Below the pieces are notes generated by a model. The model was not told where the DNA came from. It saw only the letters and a program-made list of their open reading frames with translations, and did not search any database. From NCBI GenBank assembly GCA_951406725.2, contig OX597815.1, positions 195,734,001 through 195,798,000 of the forward strand: 64,000 nucleotides of DNA, in the 5' to 3' direction. The stretch is from Octopus vulgaris. Its lineage: Eukaryota. The stretch's first letter is position 1. Every line of letters begins with the position of its first letter. This document shows positions 1-12,599 of the stretch, piece after piece. A program made the translations under genes and the position numbers.

Positions 1-116
1 TAGATGAAAGACGAAGTCCGATGTCTGGGGAAATTGGATTCAGAACGTGAAGACCGACGAAATGTCGCTAAGCATTTTGCCCAGCGTGCTACCGACTCCT
101 GCCAGCTTACCGCCTT
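1..116 (-). mobile_element. SINE family B, 5' part (diverged, cut by window edge)
   Basis: cagaacgt...gcattttgcccagcgtgct...gccagcttaccgcc matches the head of the family B copy at 3281-3510. Confidence 0.7.
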
Positions 117-1254
117 AGAAAGTGTGGAGAAATATTACTTGCACTTTCACTGATTTCATCAGATAAAAAAGGTGACTAGTCTACATTATTACCCACAAAT
201 GTATTTCAATATATTCAGGATCAATGGGTGCTGAAGGTACCACACAGTTTTCAATGATCTACCTTGGTAGTTTGTATAAATTGCCAATTACTTGCATGAA
301 CAAAAACCTTGCTAATAAAAACATTAATAATAACATCGTTATCGACATACATTGAATCGTCAAAATAAATAGACAACTGAAGGATTATACAATCTATTAT
401 TAAAATACGGAAATAAGTGATTGGAAGTCTGAAACTTGGGATTATAGAGGTTATTTTTGTGTCTTAAAAGAATTGAATGCAATTTTCGGATACTAAATAG
501 TTTCCTTTCTTCTTATCATTAAATGTTACCATTTGAGGAAAATGGAACGTATTTTTTGTAGTTTTTGAAAGAGAATAAACGAAAATAAGTTTTATGTGAA
601 AATGCAAAAAAGAAACAAAAAGAAAAAAAAATCTACTTAAAGAAAAAAAAATCTACTTCCCTCAGTTTCCGATTAGAATATTCACTTCGAATCAAAGTAT
701 TTATTTTTCTCCGCATTTTTTTTTTATTCTTTCCAATAATTCATTCATTTATTCATTTTCCATTCAATCATTGCAAAGATCCATTTTATGTCTACAATAT
801 TAATTCCTTGTACTTTTTTTTTATATTTACGTCTTATCTTGGCATGTTTTCATAGAGGTCGCAGTAATTAAGTAGAATCAAAAATAAACATGTTTTCTAG
901 AGATCTATACGAAACAAGAACATACATTTTTTGAAACCAAAGGTTTTATCTACTAAATATTGGACAGACATTCCCATTTTAGATACATAATCGTTCTGAA
1001 GAGTTTCTAGAATAATTGTTTAAATGTAAATATTCAGTTCAGAATAATATTGAGAAATTTTCTAAATCAATTAACTGTATGTGCATTTTTAAAAGCATAT
1101 ACATCACTAAAATGATATTCGTGTTTAGCATTTTTCTGCTGTATAATTAGAAATATAAACATACATTTCAAAATGACATCTTGAATAGGTAATGCGCATC
1201 AAAAACAACAACTGCAAGAAAAGCACTGACGATAACAGCAATGACAACAACAGC

Positions 1255-1472
1255 AATAATGGCTTCGAATTTTAGCACAAGGCTAGCAATTGTGGGAGTG
1301 GAAGCAAGCCGATTACTTCGAAACTAGTGCTCAACTAGTACTTATTTTATCGACCCGAAAGAACGAAATGCAAATTTGGCCACTGCAGAATTTGAATTCG
1401 AAATATAAAGGCGGACGATATGCCACCATCCATTTTACCGGGCATGCTAAATGTTCTGCCAGCACGCTGCCT
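1255..1472 (-). mobile_element. Diverged SINE related to family B
   Basis: Contains tacttattttatcgacccgaaagaacgaaatgcaaa...gaatttgaattc and catgctaaatgttctgccagcacgctgcc, a degenerate match to the family B core and head. Confidence 0.6.
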
Positions 1473-1490
1473 TAGTAGTAGTAGTAGTAA

Positions 1491-1580
<90 letters not shown>

Positions 1581-1600
1581 CAGCAGCAGTAGTAGTGGTG

Positions 1601-1671
<71 letters not shown>
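1473..1671. repeat. (TAG)n trinucleotide microsatellite with CAG/TGG interruptions
   Basis: Directly visible; explains the poly-S/V/T/Y ORFs. Confidence 0.97.
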
Positions 1672-1672
<1 letters not shown>

Positions 1673-1726
1673 AACACCCATGTTTCCAGAGGTGAATTAT
1701 TCAAACCCCAAATGATCCCTCTCAGC

Positions 1727-1952
1727 CCATGGGTATGATGCACCGCCACTACTTCTGCTCGTGATCAGAGATACACATATCGTCAGCCGCTACGGGACAT
1801 GCACCACAGGTTAAGGTCAAGCAACTGACAAGCAAATCTGTGGTGTTGAGCAGAATACTTGCTGTAGCCCATCTGTTATACCAAGACAAAACAATGTACA
1901 TGATAACACTTCCAATCTGTTAAGATCAGCAGCCATGTACTGCATCAGGGCA
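1727..1952. repeat. Unclassified interspersed repeat (second copy 63342-63490)
   Basis: ggttaaggtcaagcaa...gcaaatctgtggtgttgagca and the upstream catgg..atgatgc segment occur at both loci. Confidence 0.7.
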
Positions 1953-1953
1953 C

Positions 1954-1954
<1 letters not shown>

Positions 1955-2009
<55 letters not shown>

Positions 2010-2043
2010 GTTATTGATGTATTTGTTGTTATTGTTGTTGTTG
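1955..2043. repeat. (ATT)n/(GTT)n microsatellite
   Basis: Directly visible. Confidence 0.9.
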
Positions 2044-2585
2044 ATGTGTTTGTGCTGATGCTGTTTATGTGTAGGGTTTTCATCTGTTATTGAAGCCTGT
2101 ACAAATTCTATATTCAGCGTTCTCGAACCACCAGCCCTTCGTCCCGACAGCCTTTTTTCCACGTGGCATTAATATGCACTAGAGTCTAGGTTATTTGGAC
2201 GGGAGAGTGTGGTGGATGACTTAAACCCGTAGCAAATTTTTGTAGAGGGATTCTGAAAAGAAGTTTAAAGCTCTATAGCGACGGGATACGGCGACGAGAA
2301 CAAGTAAAAGGTGTTGCTAGAAGTTCCAGGCCGGATTCTTACACATGGGCGGCACAAAAGGGTGATGACCAACTCTTTGCATAACCTGAAGGAACCCTCA
2401 AGATTCCTGTTCGGTTTTGTGTGGCAAGCAGCACTATTTAGGTGAAACGCTCCTTCTCCGATATTGGAAACGGAATGAGAAAAGGAACACTAAAAAAATG
2501 TTGTTTCCAATAAGCTTAGCATTAACTACATATTTCTAACCATCCAGTTTATTGCCGACAAGATAAAGATAATAAAAATAGAATA

Positions 2586-2990
2586 GACGCAGAAGTGGCT
2601 GTGTGATAGGTAGCTTGCTTACCAACTATATGGTTCCGGTTTCAGTCCCACAGCTTGATACCTTGGGCAAGTGTCTTCTACTATAGTCTCTGGCCAACCA
2701 AAGCCTTGTGGGTTGATTTGGTAGACGGAAACTAAAAGAAGCCCGTCGTATATATGTATATTTATGTATGTATATGTTTGTGTGTTTGTGTTTGCCCCCC
2801 CCCCAACATCACTTGACAACCGATGTTGGTGTGTTTACGTCCTCGTCACTTAGCAGTTCGGAAATAGAGACCGATAGAATAAATACTAGGCTTACAAAGA
2901 ATAAGTCCAGGCGGTCGATTTGCTCGGCTAAAAGCTGTGCTCCAGCATGGCCGCAGTCAAATGACTGAAACGAATAAAAGATAAAAGGAG
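2586..2990 (+). mobile_element. tRNA-derived SINE family A, full length
   Basis: A-box-like gtggctgtgtg and B-box-like ggtttcagtccc, internal (TA/TG) tract, 3' gctccagcatggccgcagtcaaatgactgaaac tail; about 15 copies in the window. Confidence 0.9.
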
Positions 2991-3280
2991 ACATGTTAAT
3001 CTCTCGTTGTTAGAAAATAAGATCTTTAGAAGACAGCAAAGACAGCCGAGAACAATATCCAGCACTAATTGCAAAGGTAATCGGTTCATATATTATTGAT
3101 ATTGCTGCTCGAAGTGAAACCAGGCTTGTAGCCAGTGGCCAGTTAGAAGTTCGAAGCGGAAAACTGATAGATGAGCTAAGAATTTTTGGTGTTGTTTTTG
3201 TCATTAAATCCACCCTACATCGTGAGTTGCCATCCATCCTTCATGCTGATGACGAGCGTTTCATGGCATTTCGTATAACC

Positions 3281-3510
3281 TATTTCTTTACTACCCACAA
3301 GGGGCTAAACACAGAGGGGACAAACAAGGACGGACAAACGGATTAAGTCGATTATATCGACCCAGTGCGTAACTGGTACTTAGTTAATCGACCCCGAAAG
3401 GATGAAAGGCAAAGTCGACCTCGGTGGAATCTGAACTCAGAACGTAGCGGCAGACGAAATACCGCAAAGCATTTTGCCCGGTGTGCTAACGTTTCTGCCA
3501 GCTCGCCGCC
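3281..3510 (-). mobile_element. tRNA-derived SINE family B (MetaSINE-like core), full length
   Basis: Minus strand reads ggcggcgagctggcagaaacgttagc...gagttcagattcc...gcctttcatcctttcggggtcg; flanked by ttcgtataa direct repeats (TSD). The superfamily label is from recall of the core motif. Confidence 0.88.
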
Positions 3511-3539
3511 TTCGTATAAACATAAATAAATCCTCATAT

Positions 3540-4100
3540 ATGCACATTATCCGTGCATATACACCTACTTTATATCTATCTGCAGAAGAAAATAACATTT
3601 TCTACTCCAAATTGCAGACAGTTGTCAGTAAAATTCCATATCATGAAAATGTTTTATTGAGAGGTGATCTTAATGCCAGAATAGGTAACTAACACAAAGT
3701 GTGGTCAAATGTAATAGGAAAGCATAGAACAGAACAAAAATGAATGCAGGCAATTTGCGACTGCTGTCTTTCTATTAACAGTTCTGTCTAACAATCATAA
3801 AAAATGTATCTCAGTAGACAGATAAATATGAAAACAATAGGAAGCATCCCCGATCTTGTTACTGGCACAAGTTTGTTGTAGGCTTACAGTGATTTCAGAT
3901 TAGCCACAACTCACAAAACTCACGAGTGTTACTCGGATCGTAGAATGTTTCGCCATAAATTACTTGTTAAAACATATACAAAAAGGACGTTGTGATCCAG
4001 TATACATCCGAGAATAAAAACTTCACGAAGGACATAAAAATTTGAAATGCATCTAAATTCAAAGCTTAAGAATATACAGGGAAGCAATAATTCTGAACTT
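3540..4100 (+). pseudogene. RTE-clade LINE apurinic endonuclease fragment (degraded)
   Basis: IIRAYTPT...FYSKLQ...VLLRGDLNARIG motif, followed by remnants of W..VIGKH and KHPRS..WH; broken by stops and frameshifts. Confidence 0.8.
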
Positions 4101-4110
4101 TGTGGGGGCA

Positions 4111-4452
4111 TACTCTCTTTCTTTTACTTGTTTCAGTCATTTGACTTCGGCCATGCTGGAGCACCGCCTTTAGTCGAACAAATCGATCCCAGGACTTATT
4201 CTTTGTAAGCATAGTACGTACACACACCAGCATCGGTTGTCAAGCAATGTTGGGGGGACAAACAGAGACACACAAACATATACACGCACATAAACACGCA
4301 CATATATGTACATATATGCCGAGGGCTTCTTTCAGTTTCCGTCTACCAAATCCACTCATAAGATACTTGCCCAAGGTGCCACGCAGTGGGACTGAACCTG
4401 GAACCATGTGGTTGCTAAGCCAGCTACTTACCACACAACTACTCTTGCGCCT
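4111..4452 (-). mobile_element. SINE family A (internal deletions)
   Basis: Reverse complement of the 2586-2990 family. Confidence 0.88.
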
Positions 4453-5096
4453 ATGAATAAATTTATATGATAAATAAATTTTTATCTCTTACTCGATGCA
4501 TACATAACTTTTAATGAAACTATTTTGTTCAGAATCTTTCAGAGTTATTGAGTTATCCTAATAGATTCAGTTCTCTCACTGCAACGTTTCGTTTTCTACT
4601 TCAAAGAAAATCAGAGGTGGGCGTTACTTTTATTAAGTTCTGATAAAGCAGTCTTAATCAAACTATACCCTGCCAAGTCTATATTTCTTTTGTTAAGTAT
4701 TATGAACTTTCGAGGCGTACTCTGGTTTAAATTTCTGGTTACATACGTATCAGATTACATAACATGACTTATTTCAAACTATGGAGAATCCACATAGCAA
4801 TTTCTCCACTTCAAAATATAGGTTTCCGAATAACGGAATAAAATGAGGCCTTACGTTACAATAATAGTCCATCCTACATATAAATCCATAAACCTATCAC
4901 ATGCTGTTTCCAGTTCTACTTAATACAGTCAACACATAAACCTTAAAACATAGCGCATCGTCTTGGAAAAGATAACACATTGGTGATGTAGTTCTAGATA
5001 ATGTAATCCTTAAGAGAAGAAAACGAAATTGGTCGTTGGATGACCTGTCATCACAGATGTGGTAAAATAAAATGGTAGGTTTAAACAACTCGATAT

Positions 5097-6050
<954 letters not shown>

Positions 6051-6078
6051 GTACCCTCTACCACACGTGTGATTCAGA

Positions 6079-7584
6079 ATGCCTCCGAAAAACAAGAGCA
6101 CTCTTACAGAGACAGTCACCAATAAGACCATTCTAAAAGAACTCAAAGTACTCAATACACATCTACTTACATTCTCCAAAAAATTTACGAACTTCTCCTT
6201 CAATCCCGGGACAATTCAGAAAACAACCATCATCAACAACTTTCGGATAAAATTGATGTAAACCTAAACGAAATCAACACTACACTGAAAACTCTACTTT
6301 CGGATAAGATAGATGTAAACCTAAATGAAATCAACACTACACTGAAAACTCTACTTACCAATTCAACGCCAAAGAGACCTCAGACACCACTCAACACACA
6401 GAAGGAACACATTTCAACCCCAGCACAACGCATTAAAAACCAGATCATCACTACTTGGACTAAGAAACTACACAACAGAAAACTTCTCTTCTGGAACATG
6501 CTCAAAAACCAAAACAAAGCTGATATTTACGACAAATGGTTAAACTCCTCCCCTATCATACTACCCCGAAAATTCCAAATCAAACACATCCCAGACGAAC
6601 CTGAAAAACAACGCTCCCTAAGAGAAAAACTAACATTGGAAAACATGAAAACCGAAGTAGAACTTCTAAAACTCAGAGCACAAAACCACGAACAAAAATA
6701 CACAAAAATAGACGATGAGATACTTCTAGAACTAACCTCACACACCAACGAACAGCCCCTCGAACTTGTTATTAAACTATGGAAAGATGAATGTGAAAAG
6801 GAAGAACGAACCTCCCTCAAACGCTGGGAAAACAACAAAGATTTCTTCCTCAACTATGAAACACAATTCATATTAAACCATAAATCCAAAAACCCATTCA
6901 TAAAAGTACCCACAACACAGACTTCCACTGTACCCCATAAACACCATTCCAAACCGCACCTCAAATACACATACTCTCCAAACCCCCTCCTAACAGGACA
7001 CAACCTCCCCCAACCATATAAAAAACCCTTTCCCCCCCGAAACATCTCAAACAAGACCCACCACAAAACCTGGTTTTCCAATCACTCTAACACCCCTCCC
7101 CCACCGATTAGAACCTTCAAGAACCTCCCATACACTAGAAATTATCCCCCCTCAAGGCTCCCCTCCCTCACACTAATAACAAACAAGGCATCCTACCCAC
7201 ACCGATACATATAAGACCCACCCAACGAACCCCCTATAGTCCACCCATCCAACAACCATATTCCTACCACATCTCCTACAGATCTCCAAACCCTCACATC
7301 CCACACGAACCCAATCACCACAACTACATACCCCCCTACATCCCCCCATACAATCTACCAGACACACACCCACAAACCCATCGCATTTCTCACAAATCCT
7401 TACACCATCGCATCCCATACCAACACAAATACGACAACTACCTACCCCCTCCAACCTCCCCACCAAAAAACACTCCTACACATACAACCAGAACTTTAAC
7501 AAAGAATACACCCCTTACCTCAACAACCATTTTTTAGACAGAGGGGAAAATACAAACACCACCGCTAACACAGACCCAAAATAA
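6079..7584 (+). CDS. PLE ORF1 (frameshifted): helical/coiled-coil N-terminal and central region, Pro/Thr/His-rich tail; function unknown
   Basis: ATG 6079 (MPPKNK...) shifts at the A6 run 6178-6183 into the frame of ORF 6498-7214; the frame-1 tail is open 7240-7584 and ends HFLDRGENTNTTANTDPK*. The path through 7150-7240 is uncertain. Confidence 0.65.
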
Positions 7585-9846
7585 GAAAACAAAAATTATA
7601 AACCTCTCCAGCAAAACACTGACACCAACCCAAATCAACATCCTAGCAAGAGGTTTGAAATTCACACCCACCCCAAGAACACCCAACCCCCGGAGGTCAA
7701 GGATGACGTTTCTGAATTCTGCAGAAAACTTCGCCTAACAGAAGCTTTGACAGATATCAACAATGGGGACGACTCATTGATCAGAAATAAAAGCAACTTC
7801 CTACCACCAAAAGGGAGAAATAAAACACTGGACGATTTCTGTAAACACATCCAGAGTCTCCCCTTTACCCCAAGCAAAACCAAGGTAAAATCCAATTTCA
7901 GTAAGGAAGAATGGGAAAACCTACGTGACATACAACTGGATAAAAACCTCACCATCAAAGAAGCGGACAAAGGGAGTGCTGTGGTCCTTATGGACACGGA
8001 ATTTTATAAACACCTAGTGTTCTCCATGCTTAACAATAACATTTTCTATGAGGTTATTAACAACTACAAACAGCAAAAAACAATCAGAAACCTCACCACA
8101 CTCATACGCCAACACGGTCAGGGACTCACAGAAAAAGAAAGGGATTATATCACCATTTTCAAATGCAAGCCCAGCCTTTTTTATGGCCTTCCTAAAATCC
8201 ATAAAAACAAATACATCCCCGAAGCCTGCAAACTCTCCACTGACATCCACATCAACATCAAAGCACCGGAGGACCTAAAACTAAGGCCCATCGTGGCTGG
8301 TACCTCCTGTGAAACACACCGCCTGAGTAACTTCCTAGACATCCTTTTGAAACCTTTCCTTACCCACATCAAAAGTTTCATTAGGGATGATCTGGACATG
8401 CTCAAACACCTCCCGAAAACAGTTAACGAGGAGGCACTCCTGGTATCCTTTGATGTCATCAACCTCTACACCAACATTCCACATGAGTATGGTATAGAGG
8501 CAATTGACTTCTGGCTAGATAAACACCCAGAGACATTCCCTGACCGCATTAACAAGTATTTTATTACAGAATCTCTTAAGTTCATTCTGACAAACATTTT
8601 TTTTCTCTTCGACGACACACACTACCGTCAAAAATGTGGCATTGCGATGGGTACCAAGGCTGCACCAGTCCTTGCGAACCTCATAATGGGTTACTTCGAA
8701 CTGTCACTCTATGAAATATCAAGCCAGAAATTTGGACATGTTTTCCACACCTACCTAATGGAAAACTGGAAAAGGTATTTAGATGATTGTTTCATCATAT
8801 GGAAAGAACCTTATGAAAAACTCCTGGGATTCAAAACCATACTAAACAACATACATCCCAACATCCAATTCACTATGGAATTAAGCAAACATCATCTCCC
8901 ATTCCTTGATCTCCTTATTATAAAAACTCCTAAGAACCAAATCATAACAGACATCTACCACAAACCTACAGACTCACAACAATACCTCCTCTTTAGTTCA
9001 TGCCACCCAAAACACACCAAGACAAATATCCCTTTCAATTTAGCTAAAAGGGTATGCACCATTGTCTCGGATCCAAAAACACGAGAAATACGCCTTCAAG
9101 ACCTCAAAAAACACTATTACAACGTCAATATCCCTCCACCCTTATAGAGTATGGAATAAAACGCGCCAAAGAACTAGACAACACTACACTGATAACCACC
9201 CAACCTAACACCACACACAACCTCAAAATACTTCCATACATTTCCACCCACAACAACAAAAATATCGAAGCATACACCACAATCATACAAAACCTCAGTC
9301 TACTGTCAACAGACCCAAAAATGAAAAACATTATAAATACACACAAAATCCTCAAATGCAAAAGGCAACACAAATCTTTAAAAAAACTCTTGACAAATGC
9401 CAAACTTCACACACCACATCCACCCCCAACAGTAAAAAAAATGTGCACGCTCAAACTGTGGTACCTGCCCCTTTCTACTTGAAGGCTCTGAATTTACCTT
9501 CAAACAAGGTACGAAGTTTAAAATCAAGACTAACTTCTCCTGTTCCTCCGAGAACCTTATCTACGTTCTCACATGCGCTGGTTGCCAACATAATTATGTG
9601 GGACAAACGAGTCTCCCGTTACGTAAACGAGTAACGGTGCATAAAGAACAAATAAATCTCCCGGAATACCGACAAATTCCACTGAGTGACCACTTAGACT
9701 CATGTGCTAAAGACTTAAACCCCAAATTCTATATATTCCCCTTCTACCAATGTAAAGACGGGATCACCACACAGGAGAGAATTAACAAGGAGAATCTCTT
9801 TATTGAAAAATTCCAAACACAACTTAATATGCAAACTCCTCGTTGA
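7538..9846 (+). CDS. PLE ORF2: reverse transcriptase + Cys linker + GIY-YIG endonuclease (three frameshifts)
   Basis: IINLSSKTLT...LARGLKFTPTP, FYGLPKIHK, LRPIVA, VSFDVINLYTNIP, QKCGIAMGT, WKRYLDDCF, LPFLDL, HKPTDSQQYL..SCHP; CARSNCGTCP; NLIYVLTCAGCQHNYVGQT...LRKR...KENLFI. Shifts at the C run near 7687 and A runs near 9105 and 9434. Confidence 0.92.
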
Positions 9847-9935
9847 TCAAACTTCCTTTCTCTACCTCACTCTTCATGGATGGACTAACACAAATATATA
9901 AAGATACCATGCATTCACCACTTCAAGCTAAAACT

Positions 9936-10660
9936 TATATTCTTTAAATATCATTTTCACTATTGTTGTTGTTACTACTATCATTTTTATTATAAATGAT
10001 ATGACAATTTGAAATGCAATTGTCTATGCAGTTTTATATTATTAGAAAATAATATAAATAAAGTGTTAAAATCTGAAAGTTAAGTTAACAAGCAATTATA
10101 TAAAAAAGATAATGCAAATGAAGCTAAAATGATAGTTTTATAATTTGGGTTTTATTGAAGAACTCAAAAGAGTTGTCTCCCCTTACTCACAACACAGGAA
10201 CTGAAGAACCAGGACCACAATTACTACTACTTCCTGTCCTGCAACATGCTGAATTTAACAACACAACACATCACATGCTCTTAATCCCTTTGGATCTTAA
10301 CACCTCAAGGTAATTTTTTGGTAAACAACCATAAAACTCAAGATACACAACGAACTCACAATGTATCGGAGAACTTATTTTTTAATTTTTGTACATTTTT
10401 ATCATTATTCTTTTACAAAAAACATTGCAATTTTCTTTTTTTCCCCTTTCTAATTTAAAAAAAAACTTCTTAAAACATAAATATTCTTGACAAGTCATAC
10501 ATTGACGAAAACCGGTTGAATAAATATATATATTTATATATTTTATCATTTTCTCATTTTATTAAAATTTTCTTTCATTTGAGCATTCTGCATTTTTAAA
10601 AAAATTTTCCTTACTTATCATTTCTCCATGTGCGGTCAACACAACACCACCATTTATTGA

Positions 10661-10663
<3 letters not shown>
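9936..10663 (+). repeat. 3' pseudo-LTR
   Basis: Near-identical to 5323-6050. Confidence 0.95.
10482..10522 (+). ncRNA. Second copy of the pLTR hammerhead-like motif
   Basis: Identical to 5869-5909. Confidence 0.6.
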
Positions 10664-10712
<49 letters not shown>

Positions 10713-11215
10713 CAGACATGCAGGAAGTAACTAAACACTTTTGATTTAAAAAATTTCGTATCTAAATGTCTTAATGTGTTTTCAGCAGAGTAGAATTTAC
10801 AATGTAATAATTCTTTTTCATTCCAGGTGCCATTACATTAAACATTTGCGAAGAGTTACCATGCTATGCACAAAAAACTTCAACACAATTGTTAGATTTT
10901 CAAAGAGGTTGTACTGTTGGGCAATCTGAGGTGGTTCTTAGCCTGCGAAAAATTGCCGAAGCTCTTCAAATTCCTCTTGCTACTGTTAATGGAATTATAG
11001 TGCAATTCAAAAGCCAAGGAAAAGAGTCAACAGATTCTCGTCCAAGCTGACCTGGGTCCTAGGAATGGAAGCTTCACTGTTTGAAGCGAATTGTGGAAAA
11101 TGAGCCCCATTCGAAGGCTTCTGACATTGCAAAACAGCTAGGAGTTAGTCCAAGAACGTGTGTTACATATCTGCATACGCTTGGGTATTATGGACGAGCA
11201 GCTAGAAGAAAACAA
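10713..11215 (+). mobile_element. Tc1-like transposon 5' fragment (N-terminal DNA-binding domain remnant)
   Basis: Starts TA|CAGACATG; translates LLDFQRG...SLRKIAEALQIPLATVNGII...LKRIVEN...DIAKQLGVSPRT...LHTLGYYGRAARRK with stops. Confidence 0.75.
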
Positions 11216-11559
11216 GATGGCAGAGTATGCGGGCACAAGCGATGTTGAGGAGGAATACTGATAAGAGTTTGAAAAGCCTCAGTGTTATTGAAACTTGCGA
11301 GTTTGGAAAGAAAGGTAAGAGGCTTAGCGCCTCATCTTGTAATTGAATTTCCTTACTGAATATTGTGAACTGTGTAGATGTTTGTTGCCTCATGAACAAT
11401 ATACAAGAGATCAATGTTCTCGGGAAAAATCGATCGGCGGGCGTCGCTTTTTTCCGCCATTAATAATCATTTTCATTTTCATTTCATATAACATTATGTC
11501 TATATCCAGCCCGCAGCTTCCTCTCTCTGTGTAAGGCCTTATGACCAATATAATGAAAT

Positions 11560-11716
11560 AAAGAAGCTTGCTTCCCAAACACATGGTTCTCGTTTCGGCC
11601 CCACTGCGTGGTAGCTTGGGCAAGTGTCTCTGCTAAAATACCGGGCCGACCAAAGTCTTGTGAGTGGATTTGGTAGACGGAAATTGAAAGAATCCCGTCG
11701 AATATAAACGTATATT

Positions 11717-11755
<39 letters not shown>

Positions 11756-11875
11756 GTATTTGTTTGTCTAGGCTTACAATGAATAAGCCCTGGGGTTGAT
11801 CTCTTCGACTAAAGGCGGTACTCCAGCATGGCCACAGTCAAATGACTGAAACAAGTTAAAGAAAAAAGAAAAAAA
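11560..11875 (+). mobile_element. SINE family A (partial)
   Basis: Head and tail match family A; middle segment deleted. Confidence 0.85.
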
Positions 11876-12599
11876 TATATATATGTGTATAAACATATAT
11901 ATATATATATACACGCGGACATAAATTAAATTCTATTGGCGCCTTCTGGAACAAGTTGCACAAGAAATACCTTTAATTTGTTTCGCATTTTATGATGGGC
12001 TTTACTGCAAAAATTACTCCCTAGCCGCGCAATAAGCTTTTGCGGAATGTGTGCATTCATTCAGGACCAATAATGCCTTTTCTTGTTAATGTCCACCTCA
12101 GTGGAGCAGTAAAAATATTTGTAAAAATACAATCAACAACTTGAAGTATGACCAGAATCGTCTTGCTTGATATACTGAACAGGAATCCCCCTTTAAATCT
12201 TGTGGAAGTTAAGAGAAACAACGTCCATTTCGATGCACGCTCCAAAGGTATTTCATTGTATGTTACGAACTTTAGTAACACCTCATTGAAGAACCCAATG
12301 GATTATAAAACATTAAATTCTGTGCTAAAAGCAATTAGATCATACATTTCCTCATAAAGCACATGGGGGAGAAACAAAAATTGCATTTTATTTTATTTTG
12401 AAAACGTCAATCAAAAAGCTACTAAAAATTAATTAATTATTAAAAAATATATTCATTATCGAATTTAGAAATAGAAGAGGTGTGCACATAACAATACAAC
12501 TGAACCTTAATAAGCATTTATCGATACCACAGTATAGAATATTGTTTGCTAGTTAGATTGGTGTATGTAAGATTTACTACAGAGCCTAGGAAATTCTTG

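Noticed and set aside
1420-1749. Poly-Ser/Val/Thr/Tyr ORFs
   Set aside because: Translations of a (TAG)n microsatellite.
2090-2470. Possible minus-strand LINE 3' remnant
   Set aside because: Only vague resemblance; no motif I could translate with confidence.
2586-2660. tRNA genes at SINE heads
   Set aside because: A/B boxes are present but there is no cloverleaf acceptor stem and each continues into a SINE body.
2619-2994. Recurrent peptides such as [10 protein letters not shown] and [10 protein letters not shown]
   Set aside because: Translations of SINE family A copies, not a gene family.
7538-9846. Naiad-type selenoprotein PLE
   Set aside because: The endonuclease is C-terminal rather than N-terminal and I saw no in-frame TGA at Cys positions.
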